64,000 nt of DNA from Octopus vulgaris (Eukaryota). Under the pieces are notes generated by a model that saw only the letters and a program-made list of their open reading frames with translations, was not told the DNA's origin and did not search any database. The stretch covers positions 215,326,001-215,390,000 of the forward strand of contig OX597815.1 in the NCBI GenBank assembly GCA_951406725.2, read 5' to 3'. A program made the translations under genes and the position numbers. Below, piece after piece: positions 24,613-39,140 of the stretch (position 1 is its first letter; every line of letters begins with the position of its first letter).

Positions 24613-27600
24613 GGAGAAATAATAAGATACCGGGGGACGTTTAAGACACCGGGGGACGTTTAAGACACCGGGGGACATTTAAGACACCGAGGGACGTTTA
24701 AGATGTAAGAACGATAAAACAGAGCTCCGAAATCTATTCACAAACATCGAAAACAAGGACATCGTATGAAGCCAAAGATTTACTAACAAAGGATTGGACT
24801 GTATCCGAGTAAGAAATACTCATTGAAATTTATTACTATTTTCGAAACGAAGTGATGTATTTTGACTCGATATCATCTGCACCTCTAACACAACACATGT
24901 AAACATGCGTGATACATTACGATCCATCAAAACCAGATCATCACCGACACCAAACACCATGTACAAAGGAACAACAAAGAAATTAAACACCACCGATATT
25001 ATTCAACCCAAGAATAACAATCGGGAGGTACGTACTTTAAACTTACAACACAAAATGTACGAAATACTACACGTGCAAAACAATGTGACAACAGAAATGA
25101 ACGGACCGGTACCCTACAAAAATAACGACCGTCAAAATAAGGGGCCGGACGTTGTTCCTCATGTCCCGCAAATAAAACCCAAAAGACATAAATGGACACG
25201 TGAGGAATACATTTCTATCCTACACGCATACTTCACAGCAGTGCTCTACCCAAAAAATGAAAACACAACAACACATACATATAAAATATGGAAGGAAAAT
25301 AACATAAATATAGACTTGGATACAGCAATGAACCCTAATAAACTAGCTAACGTACGAAGATACATTCTCAACGCAAAAAAATATCAGAAATAGAAATAGA
25401 ACATCTAAAAGAAAAAATAGACCAGGAAAATGTAGATAGAAGCCACACAACAATGCCCAATAATATAAACACTGAAACAGTAAAACACGAAGACAAACGT
25501 AACATTCCCAACAAACACGATGTAAACAAAAAACAACAAACCCAGACCGTAAGGATGCATAATAATACACGACAAACAGCAAGCCAAAACACGGCAAACA
25601 AACATATAAATAAGAAAGAAAGCGACACAAATCTAAAACATGGAAACAACGAAGGGGAGCCTAATGATTATGATAATATAAAAAGTAAAATAATCAAAGA
25701 ACTGAAAACCACAGAGCTCAAAATCGACCACTGACCATACCTCCCAAAAATCAAAATAGACGAAACAACAACACCAATTATAAACAGCATAAACCTAACC
25801 GTCACGGAACTAACAGCCACTGAAACAAAAAGCGATATCACTGAGCTAAATGACTGAGTATAAGCAGCAGCCACTGCAGCCACAAAAGAAGCTGGATACT
25901 CACTCAAACCCATCCAAACAGGAGTACCACCACCCAAACAAACCCTGTGGATAAATAACATCCAAAATAAAATACATAAAATGAGAAAAGATCTGTCGAT
26001 TCTTAATGAAATCAGCAAACAATCAACGCTACTGAGCAACAAAAGAAAACAAAAATACTCCGCAAATATAACATCACAGAAAAAGATTTACCTGAGATAA
26101 AAGAAAAGCTAAAGCAAGATATCCTTGTCAAAGCACCAAGGATCCGCCGGTACGAGAAACGCCAGCGCTTCTTTGAACAAAACAAAAAGTTCAACTCCAA
26201 CCCCAAAAAGTTCTACCAAGAACTGGGCAAAAATAAAATAGAAGTCACTGCAGCACCAACGGCAGAAGAAGTGGAAGAATTCTGGAGAGAAATATGGTCG
26301 GCGAACGAACAACCAAAAAAAAGGAGTATCAAAATAACAAACCCGGCATCTGAACAACTTTGGACCCCCATAACAACTGAAGAGGTTACCCAGGCACTGC
26401 AAAGACTAAGCAACTGGAAGGCACCTGGGTATGACAAGATCCCCAACTTCTGGTTGAAATATCTAACAGGAATGCACAAAAAGCTGGCTGAAAATTTTAA
26501 CAACATACTAGCAGAGCCAGAGACAATGCCTGAATGGCTCACGAAGGGGAAAACCATCTTAATTCCCAAATCAAATGAGACAGCAAAACCAGAAAATTAC
26601 AGACCAATAACCTGCCTCCCTACAATATTCAAGGCATTTACTGCAGTGATATCGCAAAGGTTGAACAAGCACCTGGACGAAAACAAACTGTTCCCAGAAG
26701 AACAGAAAGGATGCCGCAAAGGCTCATATGGCTGTAAAGATCAACTAATGATTAATAAAGCCATAACTGAAGACAGCCACAGAAAGAAGAAAGGCCTCAG
26801 TAGGGCCTGGATCGACTACAAAAAGGCGTTTGATAGCATCCCCCACACATGGATCCTCGAAACACTAGCCATTAACAAAGTAGCACCAACAATTATAAAA
26901 TTCATAGGGCACTCTATGAATTAATTGCAAACAGTGCTACAGCTCCAAACAAAAGAGGGAAACATGAAAACCAAAGCCATCCCCATTAGAAGAGGAATAT
27001 TCCAGGGAGACACGCTCTCTCCACTCCTTTTCTGCTTGGCACTGTCACCTCTATCTGGTATGCTAAATAGAACTGGATGCGGATATAAATGTTACGGCAA
27101 AACGATCAGCCACCTTTTAGATATGGATGACCTAAAACTATACGCTCCAAATGACAAACAGCTGGAAACACTATTAAAGACAGTTCATGGATTTACCGAA
27201 GAAATAGATATGAAATTTGGATTAGAAAAAATGCGCCAAAGTAACCATGAAACGAAGAAAACTAGTTAAGAGTAACAACATCACACTAGATAAAAACCAA
27301 TGAAATAAAAGAATTAGACCAAAGCCAAACTTACAAATACTTAGGAATCCATGAACTAGATATGACACAGCACACACAAATGAAAGAGAAAATAAAAAAA
27401 GAATATTATAGATGAGTTAGATCAATACTAAAATCAGAGCTCAATGCTAAAAACAAGATAATAGGTATTAACACTTTAGCTGTCCCAGTTATAAGTTACA
27501 GCTACAATATCCTTAACTGGACACTAAATGAACTGACCAAAATAGATATGAAAACAAGAAAAATAATGACAGGATCTAGGATGCATCACCCAAAATCTGA

Positions 27601-28763
27601 CATAGAAAGACTATATATACAACGTATAGAAGGTGGTAGAGACCTTATACAGCTGGAAAACTACTATAAAATAACCACCATATCTACTTCAGAAGGAAGG
27701 AGAACTGATACAAATAGCGGCAAAACACGAGCAAAACAAAAAACTGTTCTCAGTATTTAAGGGAGTTGACAAATACAAACAAGAAATCATACCACCTAAT
27801 AAACACGAAGAAGAAGAAGATGATGAAGAAACAACAAAAGCTATAAAACAAATGAAATCCAAACTAAAAATAGAACAGCAACGAAACATGATAAAACGAT
27901 GGCAAGAAAAGCTCCTTCATGGTAAATACTGGACTAAACTAAACGCAAAAGAAATAGACAAAGAAAAATCCCAGCAATGGTTGAGAAGCTCAGGACTCAA
28001 AGCAGAGACAGAGGGATTTTTAATTGAGCACAAGACCAAAGCCTCCCCGCCAGAAATTACCAAAAACATGTAATGAAAAGAAATATAACAAGTAACTGCA
28101 GAATATGTGGAGATGGACAAGAAACAATATATCATATTATCTCTGGCTGCCCAGTCCTGGCTAAGAAGGAATATATTCGCAGACATGACAGAGTTGGAAC
28201 CTACATACACTGGAAGCTATGCCAACATTATGGAATAACAACAGAAAAAAGATGGTATAGGCACACACCAGAAAGGTCACAGAAAACGAGAAAGCAACCA
28301 TACTCTGGGATATGCCAATACACAGAGATAGAGAAATTAAGACCAACAGACCAGATATAGTTGTCAGAGATCATGAATAAAAAAAATGCTTTCTAATTGA
28401 TGTATCAATACCAGCAGATGACAACGTGTCTCTAAAAGAAATGGAGAAACTTTCAAAATACAAAGACCTGGAAATAGAGGTAACTAGAATGTGGAATCTA
28501 AAAACAGAAACAATTCTTATCATAGTAGGTGCATTAGGCATGATAAAAAAATATTCAGACAAATACATAACAAAAACACCAGGACTTACAAACACATATA
28601 ACATACAGAAAATTGCACTACTAGGCACTGCACACATCCTACGCAGAGCACTTTCCATACAATAACCATCAGAGCATCACAACAAATCACAGCACATACC
28701 CAAGGCACACAGAGCTGCGCTCGGTAGTGAAGTGAAAACACGCTATAAAAATAAAACTACTGA

Positions 28764-28765
<2 letters not shown>
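24613..28765 (+). mobile_element. R4/Dong-clade LINE, family A (RT + CCHC + RLE), full length, frameshifted
   Basis: KWTREE N-terminal motif; WKAPGYD, YRPITCL, WIDYKKAFDS, GIFQGD and DMDDLK; CRICGD..ETI.HIISGC; RPDIVV..IDVSIP..KYKDL; flanked by (TAA)n on both sides; 4 x 19-bp repeat at 24623-24698. Confidence 0.92.
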
Positions 28766-28829
<64 letters not shown>

Positions 28830-28831
28830 TG

Positions 28832-28871
<40 letters not shown>

Positions 28872-28926
28872 TGATGATGATGATGATAATATTAATAATA
28901 ATAACAATAATAATAATAATAACAAC

Positions 28927-29008
<82 letters not shown>
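28766..29008. repeat. (TAA)n/(TGA)n microsatellite
   Basis: Direct. Confidence 0.95.
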
Positions 29009-29009
<1 letters not shown>

Positions 29010-29679
29010 GGAGAAGGCGGCTGGACGTGACGAGGAGAAGGCGGCTGGACGTGACAGAGGATGGACGTATTTTTTCGATGCGTTAAAGAACTTACATATC
29101 TACAGCTCATACAAACGAACACCTAACAAGAAAAATTAGAAACATAAATATCTCCAATTTTGTGTGAACATTTTGTCGTCTCTCATGACTATAAGAATGT
29201 GTAAAATTGCCTTTTAAATTGCCTTTTATTGTAACAACACAATTAGATGCACGATAAAAAATTATGGAAGTAAGCACCTGCTAATATATACATACAACTG
29301 AATTCAGAAATTTAAAAAATATATACATAACATTGAATTCAGAAATTTAAAAAATCATCGACGTGAACATCAGATAATATGTAAAAAATGTAAACAGGTT
29401 TGATCTTTACTGACCATTAATGTCCTTTGTCTATTCGGCCATCTCTCCATCATCTGCTGAATCTATTTATAGACCCATAGAACATGACCTCTTTAACCAA
29501 CCATTCCCCACACAATGGCAGTAGTGGTGATGATGGTGAAAATGATAGGAACAAAAATAACAATAAGATACTGCTGTGACTACACATAAAACAATATCAT
29601 TGATGATGATGATGGTGATGGTGATGTTGATGATGATGATGATGGTGATGGTGGTGTTGGTGATAGTAATAACAATAAT

Positions 29680-32600
29680 AACTGACAGATCTCTTTTTCT
29701 TTCTTTTTTCTCCGTATTTTATTCTCATTATTTCGAACTAAAACAGGCAGAGTGAGCCATTTATAAGTTTAAAAGAGGAAGGGAAAAGAAGGAAGGAAAA
29801 AGGGGAAGAAGGAGAAAGAAAGAAAGAGAGAGGAAAAAAGGAAGAGAAGGAAAAAAATGTTCGGAGATAAAACTATCAAAAAAAATACAGACGAATACAG
29901 ATCTGTTAGCCTTAACAAGCTGCGCTACGAGCAATGCTTACATGTAGAGAACCCTAAACTGACAGATCCATCTCCTAGTGTAAGAGTGGGAGCTCGTCAT
30001 GCTTCAATGTAAACAAAACAAACTACAAACCGCATTGGTCGTCGCGCGGATTGCAAAAGACCACGTACCCGAAAATTGAACCAAATTCTGATTGAAAAAT
30101 CAGCTACTGGATCAAATCTTCCCAACACACAGGAGCTGGACGAACCCCACAACCGGAATATTCCAACAGATGGCCATCCATGCTCGTCACCAAACACTCA
30201 AAAGAAAAAGAAGGAAAAATGGTCTAGGGAAGATAATAAAGAAGTTCTTGAGGCCTTCTACCATGCCATATATTTCCCCACAGATAAATCTAACACTGTA
30301 CAAACATACTTAAACTGGAGACAGAAACACCCTGAAGCAAGACCCTACATAGACAGTAACAAACTTGCCAACGTCAGAAGAAACATTATAAAAAAAATTA
30401 CAGACTGAAGTACAGATTGATCAAGTTAGACAAGCAATATCGGATAAAATGAACGAAGCTGCAGCTAGAGAAGATAATACAGAGGAAATAATTATAGACC
30501 AGCCCATGGCTGATAAAAACGAAGTGAGGATTGAAAGAGTTAGTATAAGTGATTGGCGAAGTGAAATACTCCCTGAACCAATCATAAACACTAAGACAGA
30601 TGAACATCAAATAGATAAAGAAAGTCACACAAATATTGACCCAACAGAACTACATGAGCTAAAAAATCAAATCATGATTGAATGGCTGAAAATTAAAGAA
30701 ACCAGCATGGATGAACGTGATACACTCCCTAAAATCCGCAACTCTAACCAAAACATGAAAATAATTGGTAAAATCCGGCTTACACTTAAGGATATAATTT
30801 CAGCTAATGATGTTGATATCACAAATCTCAACCACCTATACTATGCATCCGCGAAAATCTCAACGATCCTATGTGGTGTAAAGATTAGAAAACGGCAACA
30901 TTCCCACAAAAAGCCTTCTTGGCAAGAGCGTCTGCAACAACAAATTCAACTATTTAGATCTGACATTGAATATTTGAAAAACCTTAAGGTTCACAAGACT
31001 ACCAAACCTACAAAAACCCCAAAAATTGCTGAAAAAATACAATATGAAAACTATACTTGATATTGATGCCACCATAGAAACCATCAAACAAAAGGTATCT
31101 GCCAAAGCTGCCCTCATAGCGAGGTATGAAAAGCGTGTTAGATTTTTCAAGGACAACAACATGTTCAAAAATAACCCCAAGAATTTTTACAGGAAGATAG
31201 GAAAACAGCGTTTACTGTAAGGTCTGTACTATCAAAAGAAGAAGTGCAGGGATTTGGGAATAAAATTTGGGCAGAAGAAAACACACACAACGAAAAGGCC
31301 CCCTGGATTGACAGAATATCTACAGAACTGGACTCCTTAGAAGAGCAAAAGTGGGAGTGTGTCAAGGTAGAAAATATAAGATCTGCTCTAAGGAGGTCAA
31401 GCAAATGGAAGTCTCCAGGAAAGGATAGAATTCCTAACTTCTGGCTGAATGCCTTCCCAGAGAGCTATGAACTGCTAACAGAACTGTACAATGATGTTTT
31501 GCAACAACCTAGTAGGATGTCTGCTTGGCTAGTTAATGGATTAACATTCCTGCTTCCAAAAAGTGAAGAAACAAATGAACCAAAAAACTATAGAACCCTA
31601 ACCTGCTTAACAACTATGTATAAAACGCTAACATCTGTCCTGACGGAATATATTTATAGCTTTTTAACGGACAGCAGCATATTCCCTAATGAACAGAAAG
31701 GATGTAAACGTGGATCCTACGGCTGTAAAGACCAACTACTCATCAATAAGATGATCTTAGAAGATTGTCACAAACGACACAAAAGCTTATCAATAGCCTG
31801 GATAGACTATAAAAAGGCTTTTCATAGCCTACCACATAGCTGGATTAGGAAATGCCTGGAAATGTATAAGATAGCACCTACTCTGCGAAACTTCTTGACT
31901 GTAAGTATGAGAACCACACTAACTCTGAACAGTGACAATGAATCCCTAAATGCTGGTGATGTAAAAATTTCGTGTGGCATTTTCCAGGGTGACTCACTGT
32001 CACCACTCCTCTTTTGTTTATCCTTAATACCTCTCTCAAAGCTGCTCAATGACGTGCAGTACCGGTATAAAATGTTTGATAAAAATATAAATCATCTCAT
32101 TTACATGGATGATCTAAAGCTTTTTGCAAAAAATGACCAACAACTCAAGGGCTTACTAGCGATAGTCAAACAATTCAGTGAAGACATCAGAATGCAATTC
32201 GGCCTCGATAAATGTGCAAAAGCTACCTTTATCAAAGGAAAAATGACAGAAACATTTAACGTTAACCTTGACCAGCAGAATGTCATAAAAGAACTAGACC
32301 CAGCGGAGAGCTACAAGTACCTAGGGGTAATTGAAGGGAACGGAATAAGGCATTCAGAGATGAAGGAAAGGATCAGGAGAGAATGTTATCGAAGAGTGAG
32401 AGCAATACTCAAGACAGAGCTGAATGCAAGAAACAGGATCGAAGCGATCAATGCATTAGCCATACCAGTCGTGACTTACAGTTTCAATATCGTTAACTGG
32501 TCAATTACTGAAATATGTCAACTCGACAGAAAAATACGAAAACTGTTGACAAGGCATAGAATGCACCACCCTAAGGCAGATACAGAACGACTTAATCTGC

Positions 32601-33823
32601 CAAGAAAAGAGGGAGGCCGTGGTCTTTTACAACTGGCAATAACAATGAAGATTGCTATAATTGGCCTAGATACCTACCTGAAAAAGTCTGAAGACTGGAT
32701 GTTATAATTTGTCTCAAAACATCATACTCAGTCACAAAACAGGCAAAGGAATATCTAAGTGAATTCCGAATACAACAAATTTCGGAATTAGAGATAGACA
32801 TACAAGAAACAAGCACAGAAAAACCCGTGCTAAAACTGCGGCTTTAGATATTCTGAATGATAAATGGCAAGAAAACCTCTCTATGGCGAATACCCAAAGA
32901 GAGCGAATAATGCTGATGTTGACAAATCCCTGGCCCATCAATGGCTAATGGCCTCTGGCTTAAAATCTGAAACAGAGGGATTTGTCATAGCAGCTCAAGA
33001 TCAATGCCTACCAACAAGAAACTACCAGGCCAACGTATTAAGGAACGGCAGTAGCCCAACATGTCGTGTATGTCAACAACAAAATGAAACCATTGATCAT
33101 GTTGTCTCCAAGTGCAGTCTTCTAGCGCCTACAGAGTATCTCAACAGGCATGATAGAGCTGCACAATATATTCACTGAGTAATTAGCAAAAACCTGGACC
33201 TACCCCATGATAAAAACAGGTGGAAACACAAACCACCCCCAATGCTTGAAAATGACCACATTTCACTCCTCTGGAACTTCACCATTCAAACTGGCAGAAA
33301 GATAGATGCAAATAGGCCAGACATCATATTGAAAGACTTCAGACAAAGAACATGCTTCCTCATTGATATGACTGTCCCAATCGATATAAACGTATCTGTC
33401 AAGACCTACCAAAAACTGAGCAAATATAAAGATCTTGAAATAGAAATCAGCAAAATGTGGAACCTGAAGACTAAAACAATACCTGTTGTCATAGGTGCCC
33501 TGGGAATGATAGCGAAAGGGGCTGATTGCTACCTAACTCAGATACCAAGAAACCCCAAAATGGCAGAAATTCAAAAGATAGTGCTCATGGGAACTGCTCA
33601 TATCCTACGCAAAATACTCTCTATGTAATCCCAAGGTTTAAAACAAACATTTTATTTTTTTTAAATTTATTTATTAGACACTCATTAGTACAACACAAAA
33701 AAAAACAAATATATGGCACACTAGGTATAACAACAACGTGAACTTCCAACCCTGTTGTCTCTTGAGGCCTCTGGGTGAGACTTGGAGCCAACTTGTACAA
33801 ACATAAAGCAAAAGTCAAACATA

Positions 33824-33824
<1 letters not shown>
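29680..33824 (+). mobile_element. R4/Dong-clade LINE, family B, near full length, frameshifted
   Basis: KWSRED; WKSPGKD, WIDYKKAF, GIFQGD and YMDDLK; CRVCQQ..ETIDHVVSKC; RPDII..LIDMTVP..KYKDL; 3' end runs into (TAA)n at 33825-33989. Confidence 0.9.
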
Positions 33825-33908
<84 letters not shown>

Positions 33909-33926
33909 AACAATAATAACAATAAC

Positions 33927-33989
<63 letters not shown>

Positions 33990-35077
33990 TTTGAAGACAC
34001 CTGCATTCACCCCATGCAGGTGTCTCAGGTCCTTCGGGAGGATATTGAAGAGCTGCGGATCTCTAAATCCCAAGCTACTGCAGTATTTTTTCTACACCTT
34101 GATGGCAATTTTGGAGTCCTTGGCACTATGCAGTGGCGCCCAGTTCTAGTATTTGTGTAACTCTCGGTGCCAAAGTTTGGGACATGTCCTTCCAGGGTCT
34201 TCCACATTTATATTATGGCATATCTTTCTCGCCTACGCTCTAAGGAATAGAGTCTTAGTCTCTTGAGTCTTTCCCAATAGATTATATGCTGCATAGAGGC
34301 TATCTTCTTCGTGTAGCTTCGTTGAATTGTCTCGAGTTCTGCGTTTAATTTGACACGTGTTGGTGACCATAGCTGAGAGCAATTGTCAAAGTGGCTTAGG
34401 ACAAGTGTCCTCTAGAGGACCATCATGGTTTCCTGGTCTCTTGTTCTAAAATTTTTAAGAATCCATCCGGTCAACCGCCTCCCCATGAAAGGCTGCATCT
34501 TCACTCATGTAAATGCCCAGGTCTTGCACTGATTGTGCCTCTGGGATTGCAATCCCTCCAAGTCCAGTGTATGTATTGGGTATTGCATTTAGTTTTGCAT
34601 GCTGATAGTATAAAGCTTGAAACTTTTCAGCATTAAACTGCCTGCTATTCTTTTTGGACCACTTATGTATTTCATACAGCTCATATTGCAGGTTCATGGC
34701 GACTTCAGGGTTCTGTATTACCTGTGAAACTTTTGTATCATCTGGATAACTTGTGATCGTGGCGCCCTGTGTGGCTGAAGGCATATCTGAGAGGGCCATT
34801 ATGAGCAGAAGGGTCCCAAAAATGAGCCTTGCGGAACACCGGTCCCTATTTGCGTATCATAGGATATGGACCCATTGGCTACTACCACCTGACTTCCATC
34901 CTTCAGAAAGTCATGAAGCCATTCTCACAATTTTCCAACTATGCCAAGATCACGCACTTTGTGACATACCGTTCCATGATAAAACTTTATCAAAGGCCTT
35001 TGCAAAGTCGAGATGTAACACTTCAACATCTGAGTGGTTGAGCAGTTTTTTCAGCACCCAGTCATAGTGTTGTAATA

Positions 35078-35085
<8 letters not shown>
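33990..35085 (-). mobile_element. CR1-like LINE RT fragment
   Basis: DFAKAFDKV, YPDDTKV, W..N...FNAEKF, YSLERRR; homologous to 45255-46350. Confidence 0.8.
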
Positions 35086-35144
<59 letters not shown>

Positions 35145-35194
35145 TAGTTATAGATAGATAGATAGATAGAGAGATAGAGAGATAGGTAGGTAGG

Positions 35195-35277
<83 letters not shown>

Positions 35278-35436
35278 CTTTTTATTGTTGCCACACAGGG
35301 CTAAACACTGAATAAAATGGACGAAATACAATGTAGATTTTTTTCTTTTCGAGGTGGGATGAGTGGGGCAACAAAAAAAAAACAAAAAAAAGTTTGATCA
35401 AAAGGGATCTGTGGGTTGAGTGGTGTATAAAAAAAG

Positions 35437-35477
<41 letters not shown>

Positions 35478-35592
35478 TCACAGTTTAGGTGTAGCCTTGG
35501 AAAGAAAAACCTACAAAAAAGACCAAGGTCACCTCAGAGAGTTCGAAAAGGAACACATGAGTAAGTCGCCTTATTCTCGTTGTCTCTTTTGG

Positions 35593-38500
35593 CTACAGAT
35601 TTATGCTTAAAATAGTGTTGTCTTTCATACTGACCATTTTTGCCACTTTTACCCACTTTTTATTAAAACATTCATTCGACAAAGCCTTCCTCTCTATTCT
35701 CATCCTCCTTTTCAAGTGGTACTTGAAAAAGTTGACGAGAGACTGACCAGAGAGGAAGATCTTTGTTTGCAGTCCTTTCAAACGCGTCCACCACACACAT
35801 TCTTTCGCCATAGCCATCAGCGTAACGAAAACAGTTTTCCCTTCCCGTTTAAAGGAAGGTGGTGGAACAATATTCACGATAGACTCGGCCGATAGGCGGG
35901 CCCGACCTACACGTGACAACAGCTGTTCGACGAAGGTCCACAGCTCTGAAATATCTGGACACTGCACGAGTGCGTGCAGAACGGTTTCGTCGCTCTGACC
36001 GCATTTCGGGCAGGTCGGTCCGTTGATGGTTTTCGAACCGTGCCTGTAGCGCTTCTCTCGAACAGGTAGTGCGTCTCGATAGCACTGCCAAGCCAGGGAT
36101 TTCTGGAAGTTATCCATCGGCCCCGGCCCGAACGTCGTCCTGAACAGGCGGGTTAGGAATTTCTCGTCGACGCCCAGGTTTGCCCCGAGTGTGTCGTCGG
36201 ACCTCCCCTCCCCTAGTCCTCTATAGAACGCTTTAGTCGTTTGTAAGTTGCACAAGTTTGACCCCGGTCGGTAGAGCTGCTGTAGAGCTTGGCGACACTC
36301 TTGGTGCCAATCACCCAGTTTCGGTCTCTTTTTGATCCACGTTTGCAGTTCGGTCAGTGAGACGAGCTGCGGGAAGGTGCGCCTCACAAACGGCGCCCAC
36401 ACCTGTTCACCGTCGTCGATGAATTTCCAGAGATGTCGCAGTCTCAGCGCATGCCTGCGCATCATCAACCACGGCATGCCCAGTCCTCCATTCAACGGAT
36501 GTTGACAGCAAATGGACTTCCTCACCATCAGAACGCCACCCTTCCACAGGAAGCGGAAGAGTATGCGTTCCAGTTTGGTGATGGTGGCGTCGGGACAAGG
36601 TACGACGGTCAGGCGGTAATCGATGACGGATGCGATGTACGCGTTCGCCACCTCCGCCCGGCCTTTTAGAGACAGCTTTCTCTCGGCCCATGTTTGGCTG
36701 AGAGCGACCACTCTACTCGTGATCTCGTCCCAGTTCTTATCCATTTGGAGGTCCGGACTGAACCAGACCCCGAGCAATTTAACCGGTCCGTCCGTCCAGC
36801 GTCCCACTACTGAGCCGCAGTCGGATGGCATAGGCTTGCTTCTCCAGGTGCCGAGTAGCAAACCCACTGACTTTTCCGGGTTAATCTTTGCTCCCGTCAC
36901 CGTTTCGTATTTTCTTAGTGTCTCGCCTATCATCTTGATGTGTTTGTCGCTCGACACTATGACGGTGACATCGTCCGCATATGCCGACACGCTCGTCCCG
37001 CAACCCAGTTCCCGTGAGATGCCCCTCAGTGTCGCCAGCTTCCGCAGTAGCGGCTCGAGAGTCAATACATACAGAAGCGCCGACAGGGGACACCCCTGAC
37101 GGACCGAACGCGTGATGTCAAACGGTTTCGACAGGTGACCGTTCACCCGAATCACCGATCGGATGCCGCTATACAAGGCAGCGATCCAACCGCGGAAGAC
37201 GGGACCGAAGCCAGCCGCCCTGAGGACGGCCACCAAGTACCGATGGTCGACCCTATCGAAGGCTTTAGACTGATCCAAATTTATCAGCGCCCCACCCATG
37301 CCAGGATCCTTAACTACCCTGTCCACAATGTAGCACATCAGATGGAGGTTGCCATGTATGGTTCTGCCCGGCACGGCGCATGTTTGCGCCCTGTCGACCA
37401 GTTTACCAATGATAAGCGCCAACCTCTCAGCTATTACTTTGGCCAAAATTTTCAAATCTGCGTTGAGCAGAGTGATGGGCCTGAAATTATCTATAAAATT
37501 CCTCTTGTTTGGGTCTTTCTTCAGCAACGTCACTGCACCTCGGCTCACGAAACCGGGGATTCTCCCGTTTTGTTGCCAGTTGCAGTAGACTGATGCCAAG
37601 AGGTCGCCAAACAAGTCTGGCATTTGACAATACAGCTCGTAGGGTAAACCATCCAATCCAGGCGACTTATCCCTCGCGCAGCCCGCCATCGCATCCCACA
37701 CGTCAGCGGCTGTGATGGGACTTTCACAACACTCCGCTTCTCTTGCCGAGAGCCGCGGCAGGTCGGTCAGGTAGGCACTGAAATCCATCCCGCGTTCCGA
37801 CCCACCACTTGCACCAAACAGTCGAGCAAAGTGCTGTTGAAAGGCCTCACACATCCTTTCGGGTTCGAGTAAACTGCATCCCTGTTGATCCATTAGAGAC
37901 CGAATGGTGGCTCTGGTGCCACGCTGCGCCTCCGCTACCCGGGCCTCTCGCGCAGCTTCGATCCCTTCGTTCCTTAAGGCACGCATTGTAACTCTGACGA
38001 CGCAACCTTCGTGCTTGGCGTTGAGGTGTTGGTCGAGGGCCATCCTCGCAGCCAGCAGGTTGGTTGCACTGCCAGTGGTAAGTGCCTCTTCTAGTTTTTT
38101 AACCAAGTCTCCCTCTACTCTATTTCGTTCTATCGCTAATTCCTTGCTAAACCTAATTGATTCCGATTTTATTGCCATTTTCAGGGCGTACCACCAGCGG
38201 TTGTTAACGACGGCTCCCGTCAGTGCCCTCTTAATTAACTCGCTAATCCGGTTCCTGTAAACCTGTCGCGCTAACAGCTACGTGTTCAGTTTCCAGTAAC
38301 CGGGACCCTGCCTATGTGTTTTATCTAAGTCGAGCGTACACGTAACAAATTTGTGATCTGTGTAGCTGACTATTTTAAATTGTGGACATCCTACACTATC
38401 CCTATCTCCTGCCCTGCATAGAATTCTATCTAGATAAGATCTCGACGATCCGACGCGGTTTGTCCAAGTCCACGTTGGTACGTTCGGATGGTCGAGTCGG

Positions 38501-39033
38501 AACCTGTCAGACAAATGGAAACGTCTGAGTAGGTCTTTGAGGCACTTACACCCCCTTCTATTCCTATCCCTTCCCACATAATCTAGATGCGTGTCCAAGG
38601 TAGCGTTCCAATCCCCTACTAACAGTAAAGGTCTAGACGTACCCAGGAAAACCTCTAGACGTCTGAAGAAATCCGTCCGACCCGTTAAGGAAGGTGCATA
38701 AACTGCCATCAGACGGAATGCACACCCATTTCTGCCATCCACGTCCAAGACAACCAGCCTACCCTCCGGGTCTAAGAATATTGCTCTTACTTTTACCTTT
38801 AGACTCTTTCGAAAAAGCACCGCGGTACCTCCACCACCCATGTTCGGCAGACAGGGAGAAAAATAAATGTCAAATTGATTGCCAAACATGGACGCGAGGG
38901 CTCGCGGCTTGCTGAGTCTGGTTTCACTGATAACTACTATATCTACGTTCAGTGACTTGATGTCGTTTAGAAGGTAACCTTGCTTCCAAGCCGACGCCAA
39001 GCCACGCGCATTCACACAACCTAATTTAAGCAT
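35593..39033 (-). pseudogene. Tx1-like ORF2 (APE endonuclease + RT), single in-frame TAG at 38278-38280
   Basis: VNARGL, ISET, GDWN and YTDH (APE); FRPITLLN, LDQSKAFD, VRQGCPLS and YADD (RT); CPKC..ETVLHAL..C; the two predicted ORFs are in the same frame. Confidence 0.9.
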
Positions 39034-39140
39034 ACTTGACGTTTACGAAAATTGTGTTTCACACACTACATTGGAAGAGACAAGAGGCAAGAGAGAAGGT
39101 CACTTACTCATTTCGAAAGTTTCATTTTTTCCTTCTTCTT

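Noticed and set aside
24623-24698. Short GC-rich direct repeats resembling a CRISPR array
   Set aside because: Contiguous 19-mers with no spacers, eukaryotic context, at a LINE 5' end
38278-38280. Programmed stop-codon readthrough in Tx1 ORF2
   Set aside because: A single TCG-to-TAG change in the WKLNTSLL motif explains it, and ORF1 of the same copy is also broken
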